Assembly: GCA_013416795.1 (NCBI GenBank)
Contig: RQSC01000004.1
Span: 270,787 to 334,786, forward strand
Direction: 5' to 3'
DNA length: 64,000 nt
Source: Prasinococcaceae sp. CCMP 1430
Lineage: Eukaryota; Plantae; Prasinodermophyta
In this document: positions 33,287 to 41,539 of the stretch, piece after piece
How positions within the stretch are numbered: the first letter of the stretch is position 1
How the letters are laid out: each line of letters opens with the position of its first letter
Position numbers and translations under genes: made by a program
The notes under the pieces: model-generated
Told to the model about the DNA's origin: nothing
Database searches by the model: none
What the model saw: the letters and a program-made list of their open reading frames with translations, nothing else

Positions 33287-36127
33287 TTACATGCTCGAAA
33301 CGTCTGCCGAGCCGGCGGCCGCATCGCTGGCGTCGGCGGCCAATTGAGCTTTGAGGCGGGCGCGCAGGCGCGCGCGCGGGTCCTCGGCCAGTGGCGTCGA
33401 TATGGGCTGCGAGCTGACGTTCTTTTCGCCCTCATTGCCCAGCGCCCTGCTGTAGTTGGTCATCGACCCCTGGCGCTTTGCCTCCAGGTAGTTGAATTTG
33501 CGTGGAGGAGTGTGACTACCCGAGTCGCCCTCGAGCGCGGGGACGCCACCTACCTCGGCGGCGTGTTTGGCCGACATCCCCTCCGCCTGGCCCGCCGCCA
33601 GCGCCCAGCGGGCCGTGTTGCGACCCTGTGCGCTCATCGCTTCCGCGTAGTTGACGCCGCTGCCGGCACGCCTGAAGCGGGCGTCGCTGCCGTTGATGGG
33701 CGCATCCATCGATGCCGTGCCAGGGGTAAATTTGACATGGCGCCCGGCGGCCGCGTCGTTAGCGCCAGCCTCGGCGTCGGCCTCCTCCTTTTCCTCTGCA
33801 ATCGCGCGCTCAATCGCTTCGAACGATGCGCGACGGCCTTGAGGGCCCATAACGTCCCCGTAAAACACGCCAGACCCTGCCCGCTCGAGCGACGAACGAC
33901 GTGGCTCATCAGTGCCTGGCTCGGCAGGCACAAAGGCCACGTGGCGCTCGCCCTTCTCGGCGGTCGTGCCGCCAGGTTCGGACACCAGCGAGTCCTGATG
34001 CTGCGCTTTCTGCTCCCTAGCCAACAATCTGATGGCCTCATCCGCTGCTGCGTCCTCCTGGGCCTGGCCCGTCGCCAGCGCCCACTTTGCCCGGCGGTTG
34101 CCCTGCTTGCTCATCGCCGCGCTGTAGTTCACGAAGGAGCCCTTCTTGGAGGCCTTGACGACGGGTTCGGCCGAGCCATCGGAGGCAGTGCCGGGCGCGA
34201 AGTTGACGTGGCGGTCTGCGCCACCGGCAGGCGAGTCCTCGCCCGGGACCTCGGCCCCATCCTCCTCCGCCTGGCCCGCCGCCAGCGCCCAGCGGGCCGT
34301 GTTGCGACCCTGCGCGCTCATCGCTTCCGCGTAGTTGACGCCGCTGCCGGCACGCCTGAAGCGGGCGTCGCTGCCGTTGATGGGCGCATCCATCGACGCC
34401 GCCTCGACGGTGAACTCGACGTGGCGGCCACCACCAGAGTTGCTCGGCTCGCCTGTGACCTTTGCCCCATCCTCTTCAGCCTGACCCGCTGCCAGAGCCC
34501 AGCGGGCCGTGTTTTGGCCGTGCGTGCTCATCGCTGCGGCGTAGTTGACGCCGCTGCCGGCACGCTTCAAATTGCTCCCTCCTTGCGGCGAGGACGTGTC
34601 AGGAGTAAAGGACACGTGGTGGCCGCCGTCACTCTCTCCGCGCTCTTCTGCAGCGCGTTCATTGCCTTGCAATCGGTCGGAGGATGAAGGTGAGGCTTGT
34701 GCGGGTCCCGGAGCCATCACGCTCGCGAACGCCTGCTCAAGATTGCGCAGAGCTGCACCGGCTGCGCGAATGTGTTCAATCGCAGCGCCCGCCTGCTGCA
34801 ACTTCTCCGCGAGGTAGGGCGACAGGTCGGCGGGACCTGCTGTAGGCGTGGCCCGTGCCATTTCGGCTGAGGCGGGAGTGCCAGGGGGCGTGGTCGCGCT
34901 CGGCGCAAAGCTTATTGGGGCAACCGCCTCGGGCTCGTCATGCGCACTCGACAGGCGCTCGTCCAAGCGGAGCAGGCGGAGGCCGTTCCGGATAGCCTCC
35001 GCGCGCCGGAATTCCCTGCGCACCGCTGGCGAAGCGGCTGTGCCGGCAGGAGGTGGAGCGCAGCAGCCGATGAGTGCATCCAACACGTCGCTGGGCTTGG
35101 CGGGTCCCTCACCGCCCTCGCCTGTTGCCTCAAGCGAGCGCACCACATCGAGTGTGTCCGAGAGGGCCGCGTGCGCCTTGTCGAGCTCCCCCGCGTCAAA
35201 GGTCTGCGTAGACCACATCTCCGCGTGCCATCGGGCGATCCAGCGCAGCCGGCGGTATGAGTGTTTGGTGGCATCGGACGACCTGCTCCCAGAGGCCGAG
35301 TGCATCGCCGCCCGTGCTGCGATGGCCAAGAGCGCGCTCCGCACGTGCCCCCCGCTGCTCTGGCTACCGGAGCCCGTGAAGGCCGCTACGAGTCGCGCCT
35401 CATCGTGCGCGCTCGGCGGTTTGAAAGGTGCGGTGGATGCACGCTCCGCCACGCGCGCGGCAGCTCGCGCTAGCGGCAACCATGCGAGCGCCCCCGCAGG
35501 CTGGCCTCCAGCGCTCGACCGTGCCGCATGGGCGTCTGGGCGAGTGAGCGCGGCCTTCGCCGCAGAGGCAACCTCTGCCAGCCCCCCTGACGAAAAGAGC
35601 AACGGCAAGCGGGCCTCCAGCCCTATGAGGTCCTCCACCGCGCGGGCGAAGGACGCCACATTGCCGCCGAGGCGCGCAGCGCATCCCACTGCGACGGCGA
35701 CCGCGCCAACCTCCTTTCGCCACCGCGTTCCGTCCAGTGGGCATCCGTGCCAAGCCCTCACGGCCCACGCCAGCAGCGCCTCCGCCCCCTGCTGCGCCTG
35801 ACCATGCTCGCCGTCCCCGGCAGCGAGGGCACTCAGCACCGCCCTCGCTCGCTGCGCCGGCGTCTGATCCGCGCCCACCCCGACCGCAGCGGCCGCGTGA
35901 GCGTGCCCGTCCGCGCCACTCGCCGCGGTCGCGCGCGCGAGGCAGCGCAGCAGCAGTTCGGAAAACGCCAGGTATGCCATCGCGGCCGCGCCCTTTGACC
36001 CCGCCGGCGCGAGCGCGGCCGCGAGCGCCGCTGCACGCTCGCGCTCGATGGGTATGAGTCGGTACCCCTGCTTGTGAATGAGAACGACAAGTTCGTGCGC
36101 GCTGAGCTGGCGCGGCCGCGCCAGCAC
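33287..36127 (-). CDS. Uncharacterised protein: helical N-terminal half plus five ~65-90 aa C-terminal repeats with RVxF-like motifs
   Basis: 946-codon ORF with clear internal protein repeats. The track start is GTG; the first ATG is at 35980. Confidence 0.75.
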   Translation of the reverse strand: MLARPRQLSAHELVVLIHKQGYRLIPIERERAAALAAALAPAGSKGAAAMAYLAFSELLLRCLARATAASGADGHAHAAAAVGVGADQTPAQRARAVLSALAAGDGEHGQAQQGAEALLAWAVRAWHGCPLDGTRWRKEVGAVAVAVGCAARLGGNVASFARAVEDLIGLEARLPLLFSSGGLAEVASAAKAALTRPDAHAARSSAGGQPAGALAWLPLARAAARVAERASTAPFKPPSAHDEARLVAAFTGSGSQSSGGHVRSALLAIAARAAMHSASGSRSSDATKHSYRRLRWIARWHAEMWSTQTFDAGELDKAHAALSDTLDVVRSLEATGEGGEGPAKPSDVLDALIGCCAPPPAGTAASPAVRREFRRAEAIRNGLRLLRLDERLSSAHDEPEAVAPISFAPSATTPPGTPASAEMARATPTAGPADLSPYLAEKLQQAGAAIEHIRAAGAALRNLEQAFASVMAPGPAQASPSSSDRLQGNERAAEERGESDGGHHVSFTPDTSSPQGGSNLKRAGSGVNYAAAMSTHGQNTARWALAAGQAEEDGAKVTGEPSNSGGGRHVEFTVEAASMDAPINGSDARFRRAGSGVNYAEAMSAQGRNTARWALAAGQAEEDGAEVPGEDSPAGGADRHVNFAPGTASDGSAEPVVKASKKGSFVNYSAAMSKQGNRRAKWALATGQAQEDAAADEAIRLLAREQKAQHQDSLVSEPGGTTAEKGERHVAFVPAEPGTDEPRRSSLERAGSGVFYGDVMGPQGRRASFEAIERAIAEEKEEADAEAGANDAAAGRHVKFTPGTASMDAPINGSDARFRRAGSGVNYAEAMSAQGRNTARWALAAGQAEGMSAKHAAEVGGVPALEGDSGSHTPPRKFNYLEAKRQGSMTNYSRALGNEGEKNVSSQPISTPLAEDPRARLRARLKAQLAADASDAAAGSADVSSM
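33440..34630 (-). repeat. Intragenic tandem repeat array (5 full units and 1 partial): [RH]HVxF...(R/K)xxGSxVNYxxAMSxQGxxxARWALAxGQAEE
   Basis: Units begin at HHVSF 34621, RHVEF 34426, RHVNF 34213, RHVAF 33946 and RHVKF 33742. Segments 33581-33712 and 34265-34396 are identical over 132 bp except for one base. Confidence 0.9.
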
Positions 36128-36785
36128 CGGCGTCGGCTCCGCGAAAACGCGCGGGAGCGGCGCGCGTCCCGCGCGCGTCCGCGTCCCGACCCGGCGCCAC
36201 GCAGCCTCCGTCGATCATCCGCGCCGCGCGGAAAAATCGCGCCGCGCGCCGAATTACAACAAATTACCCTGTCTGGACGTGGCTGTGTATGCCAAACCTC
36301 AGCGCGGCGCGCGTCGCTGCGCGCCAATACCAGCTGGGCTACTCCGCCCAGTACGCGCCTTCACGCACGTGTAACCACACACACTGAGGTCCTATCACAC
36401 GACGCTGTGGTCGTGTGCAGCTGCGAGCGACGCGCACGCGTCGCGAGCAGCAGAACTGGCACGTCGCCGCGAATGTCTCCCCCCTTCGGCCCTGATAATT
36501 TCTGCCCCTGCAGAATTTAGGGCTCCCTCGAGATCCACGTGGGTTCCCTTCGCGGCTCCGAAATGGCGTTTGATACGATGTAACCTCTATAACTTCGCTA
36601 TGACCAAAACGGCGCGCGCCAAAATGCGCCCCGCAGCGCGAAATCGGGCTCCCGCGAGATCTCCACGGGAGTGCGCGATATCGGATCGAGCGCCCCGTCG
36701 GAATCAAAACGCGCCGCCGCGCGGCGCGCGCGCCCCGCCGCTGCCAGCGGCGTGGCGCACCGACCCGAGCGATGGGCAGTGATGA

Positions 36786-38759
36786 ATGAGGGGTGACGAG
36801 GGGGTGATGACAGGGCTGGGGCGGAGAAGAGCGCGCGCGCGCTCTTTTTTCCGCCCCGGCGGTTCGCGCGGCGGGATCGTTTCCTGCGTCGCCCTCCGCG
36901 GTTTTTCGCGGGGGCGCGCGCGCGCGCGGCGCGCGCGGGGCGTGCGCGAATTGCGCGCCACACACGCGCCACGGCGCGCGCGCGGCACGCGCGGCGGCCG
37001 GCCACCGAAGGGGGGTGGGAGGGAGGACGAAGAAGGCGCGGGGGGAGGCGCTCGCACGCTCGAGCGCGCCGTCGAACGCGCGCTCGCGCGGATTCGGCAG
37101 GGGCAGAGCGCCGCGAGACCCGGCGCGTGCGCCGGGCCCTCAATGTGCTGGGGCGCGGGGAGCAGACGGGTGCAGTCGCAGCTACAGCAGGGGGCGGGCG
37201 CTGGCGAGGCGAGCTGGGAGGCGCTCGCGCGATCGTCGGCAGTGGACCGGGCGAGTCAGGGCGAGGGCGCGAGGCGGGAAGGAAGCCCGCCGACGCCGCA
37301 GGAGTTGGGCGAGCTGCAGGGGCAGCAGCGGCAGGTGGCGCCGTGCTGGTCGTCGCGCCTCGATAAGCTGGACCTGCCGAGCCTGACGTGCCTCGACGGT
37401 AGCCTAGGCGCGCTGGGCACTGTTGGCAGCTGGGACACCACGTTCGCGGGAGGGGGGCAACCCCGCGCCGCCGCCGCCGCCGTCGCCGCTGCGGCGGCCC
37501 AGGGGTCGCCGCACTCGTTCAAGTCTGTCGTGACGGTCGCGCCAGTGCTTGCCTCGCCCGCCCTTGCGGGCGTACCCGCACCGTCGACGGAAGCACCCCT
37601 TCTTCTGCGCCCGACCACGAGGTCTACCACAGGCAGGCTCAAGATGGGCAGCGGCGGCGGCGCCGCCGCCAAGCAGAGCAAGGCCACCAAGACGACGACG
37701 AAGAAGATCAACGGCGGCGGCAAGAAGAAGAAGGGCTCGTCGAAGTTGTCGCTGGCGATCCCCAAGAAGGGCGGCGCCTCCGGCAAGCAGACGCGCCCTC
37801 ACCCCAACCAGTACACCGCCAGGCCGCGACCCAAGCGCCCTGAAGGGGCGGCGCCCATCGCGTGCCAGGTTGTCGGCTGCCCGCACACCGACCTGAGCAG
37901 CCTCCGCGAGTACTATCAACGCTACAAGGTCTGCGAGGCGCATTCCAAGCAGTCGGTTGTCATCTTCCCCGACGGCGAGGCGCAACGCTTTTGCCAGCGC
38001 TGCGGGCACTTCCATTCGCTCGACGCCTTCGAAGGTTCGCGCCGCAGCTGTCAGGCCAAACTCGAGGAGCACAACCGCCGCCGCCGCCAGCCCAACTCCC
38101 CGCCGCGCCCGGCCAAGTCGGAGGCCGCCGCGAGGGTGCACGAGTCGAAGCGCTCGCGTAGCGCCAGTGCCGAGAAGGATTGGCAGGACGCGGCTGCCGC
38201 GTTCGTGACCGAGCACCACCGCGCAAGCCCGGCGTCGCCGCTCGCGGCGCTGCGCGGCGACGATGACTTGAGTGACGTCGACACCGATATGACGGCAACC
38301 AACAGCGTCGAGACCGCGCCGGACGACGCTCCGATGACACCCGCGCTGCAGATGATGTCCGCAGTGCCAGTGGGAACTCCGATGGCGCCCCTCAGGACTC
38401 ACCTGGCGCTCCAGACGCGCTCATCACCGCAGCCGCAGCCGCAGTCGCAGCCGCAGCCGCAACCGCAGCCGCAGCCGCACGGGCGGCCTGACTCGGCGCC
38501 GCCAGACGAGCTCGGCCCTCTCCCCCTGCCGCGTCTCGGCGGCATGGGCGTGTCGAGCATCGACCTGCTCGGCCTCGGAGAGCACTATATCGGCGGGTCG
38601 CTGCAAACAATCGATGGAGGCGCTTCTGAGGACAGCAGCGATGACAGCGTGATCTCGTTCGGCGACGAGGATGTGGCCGAGCTCTACCAGATGGTCGCTA
38701 ACGACGAGGCAAACGACAAGCACGTCCGTCTGGAGGCCCTCAGCGGCAACACCTTCTGA
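36786..38759 (+). CDS. SBP-box (SQUAMOSA promoter-binding) transcription factor; start uncertain (ATG 36786, 36807 or 37143)
   Basis: SBP domain at about 37863-38091: CQVVGC...YYQRYKVCEAH...QRFCQRCGHFHSLDAFEGSRRSCQAKLEEHNRRRR, with two zinc sites and the basic NLS. QP-rich tract and acidic C-terminus follow. Confidence 0.92.
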   Translation: MRGDEGVMTGLGRRRARARSFFRPGGSRGGIVSCVALRGFSRGRARARRARGVRELRATHAPRRARGTRGGRPPKGGGREDEEGAGGGARTLERAVERALARIRQGQSAARPGACAGPSMCWGAGSRRVQSQLQQGAGAGEASWEALARSSAVDRASQGEGARREGSPPTPQELGELQGQQRQVAPCWSSRLDKLDLPSLTCLDGSLGALGTVGSWDTTFAGGGQPRAAAAAVAAAAAQGSPHSFKSVVTVAPVLASPALAGVPAPSTEAPLLLRPTTRSTTGRLKMGSGGGAAAKQSKATKTTTKKINGGGKKKKGSSKLSLAIPKKGGASGKQTRPHPNQYTARPRPKRPEGAAPIACQVVGCPHTDLSSLREYYQRYKVCEAHSKQSVVIFPDGEAQRFCQRCGHFHSLDAFEGSRRSCQAKLEEHNRRRRQPNSPPRPAKSEAAARVHESKRSRSASAEKDWQDAAAAFVTEHHRASPASPLAALRGDDDLSDVDTDMTATNSVETAPDDAPMTPALQMMSAVPVGTPMAPLRTHLALQTRSSPQPQPQSQPQPQPQPQPHGRPDSAPPDELGPLPLPRLGGMGVSSIDLLGLGEHYIGGSLQTIDGGASEDSSDDSVISFGDEDVAELYQMVANDEANDKHVRLEALSGNTF

Positions 38760-39176
38760 GCAGCGCTCACGCAACTCGACGAGCCAGCCACTGCGATACC
38801 AGTGGGCCCACCACCGAAACCACTGGCAGCGGTTGCGTCGAATGGCGAAACTGGACTGGCGAGCGTTTTCATGTACTGTGCTCAGCCAACCACGTGTGTT
38901 AATAGTGGAGCAGCGCCGAGGGGGGGATGGATGCATCGGGCCGCGCATGCGGCATCTGAGAGAGTCGGCTCTGCTGCGCACGGATTGATAGTACGTAATG
39001 ATGCACTGCAATGCACAGCACTCTAGTCACGAGTTGCAAGCGCGCGGGCAACGTTGCGTGCGGAGCCACAAGGGCGGTGTGAACGTGATTACTCCATTAA
39101 AGTTGCTAAGTGACTAAACTAGATAGTGCTCCTCTACAGAGACAGCGTCACGACGACAGCTCGAACTAGCCAGGCG

Positions 39177-40106
39177 CTACTCCTCGTACCACTCTTCAAA
39201 CTCCTCAAACTTCTCCAGCGCGGGGTCGAAGCCGAGGTCAGCGCTGAGCTCCAGATACTCGAAGCCCTCGTCGGTGTCTCCGAGCTCGTCGTAGAGGTTG
39301 TACGCAGCCTCCTCGGCGCCGTCGTCAGGCGCCATGGCGGCCGCTTTGCGCCACTGCTCGAGGCCCGCGGCGCGGTCACGCACGGTGCCCTCGCCGTGCA
39401 CAAGCGCCCACCCCAGATTGAAGCGCCCGAGGCACTGCCCACCGCGCTCCTCGTAGCCGAGGCCGCTCGCCTCGGCGGCGAGCTCGTACAGCTCGACCGC
39501 GGCGTACGCGTCTCGCACCACGCCGCTCGCCCCTGTTTCCATGAGAGCCCCGAGCTTGTTGAGGCCCGTCGGCACGCCGAGCTCCGCACACGCCTCAATG
39601 ACGCGCACACCGCGTGTCTCGTCGAGTGGAGCACCGCGGCCCGAGCGCACGCAGCCGGCGAGGGTGGCTAGCCCGTCCAGGTTGCCGAGGCAGGCCGCGC
39701 GCGCGTGCCAGCCGGCGGAGGCAGCGAGGCTCTCCTCGCTGCCTCCGCCCGACGCGCCGCCCAGGGGCGCGCCGCCAGAGCCACGATAGAGCAAGAGAGC
39801 AACGCTCTGTGCAGCACGCCCGTCACCCCCCTCGGCGAGCGGCAGCAGCGTGGCGTACCGCCTCGCGAGGGCCTCGCGCCCACAGGGCGTGCTGAACGCA
39901 TACTCGCCTTGCAGGCGCCACAGCGCCGTCGTGTCACGGGCGGGCGCTTCGTCCGCCTTCGACGATAGCGAGGCGATGACCGCATCTCCGACCACGCGTA
40001 GCACCTCGTCAGGCTCATCCTCGGCGCGCTCCAGTAGCGCCGCGCCGGCTGCGCGGGCCGCAGCCACGGCCGCGGCCGCCGCAGCTGCGCTTCCACCTCC
40101 ACCCAT
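39177..40106 (-). CDS. Sel1-like repeat protein
   Basis: Repeats such as GNLDGLATLAGCVRSGRGAPLDETRGVRVIEACAELG, GLNKLGALMETGASGVVRDAYAAVELYELAAE and GRFNLGWALVHGEGTVRDRAAGLEQWRKAA. Confidence 0.8.
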   Translation of the reverse strand: MGGGGSAAAAAAAVAAARAAGAALLERAEDEPDEVLRVVGDAVIASLSSKADEAPARDTTALWRLQGEYAFSTPCGREALARRYATLLPLAEGGDGRAAQSVALLLYRGSGGAPLGGASGGGSEESLAASAGWHARAACLGNLDGLATLAGCVRSGRGAPLDETRGVRVIEACAELGVPTGLNKLGALMETGASGVVRDAYAAVELYELAAEASGLGYEERGGQCLGRFNLGWALVHGEGTVRDRAAGLEQWRKAAAMAPDDGAEEAAYNLYDELGDTDEGFEYLELSADLGFDPALEKFEEFEEWYEE

Positions 40107-40115
40107 GCCGGTCCG

Positions 40116-40622
40116 ATGGCGCCGTCCGGCAGCTCGCCGCCCGCGGGCGCCGGGCGGGCGCACTTCCAGCCGAAGAGGTGCGGCAGGAGCCCCGCGTGCG
40201 CGGCGCTCAAGGGCCTCACCAGCGTGTCCGCCGTGGTGCGCGCTGCGGCGGCGCCCGGGAGCGCGCTGCCGCCCGTCGCCAAGGTGCACACGCTCGCGTA
40301 CGGCGACGTCGTGGACTTCGCGCCCCCCGCGCAGCGCAGGCCGGACGAGCTCTACCCGGTGGCGTGGTTCCGTTTCTCGCCCAAGAAGGACGGCAGGCGC
40401 GCGGGGTGCGCCGACAGCGCGAGCGCGGACACCGACACGCTGGCGGTGGACCTCGCGCGCGTGCACGTCGGCTCGGCGCTGTGCGTGAAGCTCATCGACA
40501 GCGAGAACCTGATGGAGGTCTTCAACGACAACCACCCGGAGCCCAACATCGATTGCTCGTTCGTCGGCCTGCGCGGCGCGTGCGTGCGCATGCCGCCCGC
40601 CGACCTGGTGGCGTTCGCGTGA
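40116..40622 (+). CDS. Hypothetical 168-aa protein
   Basis: ATG-initiated ORF with strong G/C-ending codon bias and a globular-looking sequence (LYPVAWFRF...LCVKLIDSENLMEVFNDNHPEPNIDCSFVGLRG). TGTAA at 40784. Confidence 0.6.
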   Translation: MAPSGSSPPAGAGRAHFQPKRCGRSPACAALKGLTSVSAVVRAAAAPGSALPPVAKVHTLAYGDVVDFAPPAQRRPDELYPVAWFRFSPKKDGRRAGCADSASADTDTLAVDLARVHVGSALCVKLIDSENLMEVFNDNHPEPNIDCSFVGLRGACVRMPPADLVAFA

Positions 40623-41539
40623 GGCGGCTTGCCCGAGCGCTCGACGGGAAGCGAGGGGGAGGCGGCGGCGCGGCGAGGCCATCCCACACCCTGCTGGCGG
40701 AGTGTGATGGAAGAGGGCACCGACCGAGCCCGTATCATAAGATGTATGTATGTACGTAGCAAGAAGAGCCATAGCATAAGTACTGTAAGTAACCAAACAG
40801 CTCCTTTCTTTGTGCACGCGCGTCCGTCGGTTGGGCCTTGGTTGAAAAGTTGGATGTGACGCAGCCTTTTTGGGTTGGTGGTTTCTCAACCAATCGGCTG
40901 GCTGGCTGGCTGGCCTTCCGCGGCGGCGGCAGAGGTGGCGGGGCGTCCCATCCGCGGGCCCTTTCGCGCGCGCGGGCGCCGCCCCCTTTGGCGCGCCCGG
41001 GGGCCGCTGCGCCCATCCGTTCCTCAGTGGTGACGTCCGCCGCGATGGCTGAGCGCCGGCAGCCCGTCCGGCCAGGCGTGATGTGATGTGCGGGGTGGCC
41101 GCCGCGGGCAGCCGCCGGGCTGTTTTGCAGAGGCGCATTTCGGCGCGCGGAGTGGCGAAAATGCAAACATCAAAACGCATTGGATCTCCGCGGCTCGCGC
41201 GCCGCGAGGCGTAGCGTGTGGTTCGGCGGGCGGCGCCGGCGGCTGCCGCGCGCGCGCGGCATCGAGCGGGAGGCCGCCAGCGTGGCCGCCGCTGGCGCGG
41301 GCAAGGCCCCCCTCCCCCCCCCTACACACACCGCCGCGCCGCGCCGCGCTGGCGGCAGTGTGGGCTCTCGCGGGCTGGGAGCAGCAGCGACTGCGTAGCC
41401 GGCCACCGGAACCGAGGTCGAAACGAACACCCTCGGAAAGTCCGCGTGTGCGTAACACTACGCTCCCGCGCCCGCGCCATGCGCGTAGCCGCGTCGGTGG
41501 CCACCACACCGCGCGCGCGGACAGCGCGGGGGCTCCGTC

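Noticed and set aside
33440-34630. Direct repeats that could be mistaken for a CRISPR array or transposon repeats
   Set aside because: Units are long, in frame and encode a protein repeat. There is no constant-repeat/unique-spacer structure, no cas genes, and the context is eukaryotic.
36779-36830. GTGATGA box-C-like motifs (possible C/D snoRNA)
   Set aside because: No downstream CTGA box D or terminal stem at a suitable distance.
38425-38480. CAGCCG hexamer repeat in the SBP gene
   Set aside because: It simply encodes a QP low-complexity tract, common in transcription factors.
36786-38759. miR156-type target site in the SBP gene
   Set aside because: No GTGCTCTCTCTCTTCTGTCA-like sequence was seen.
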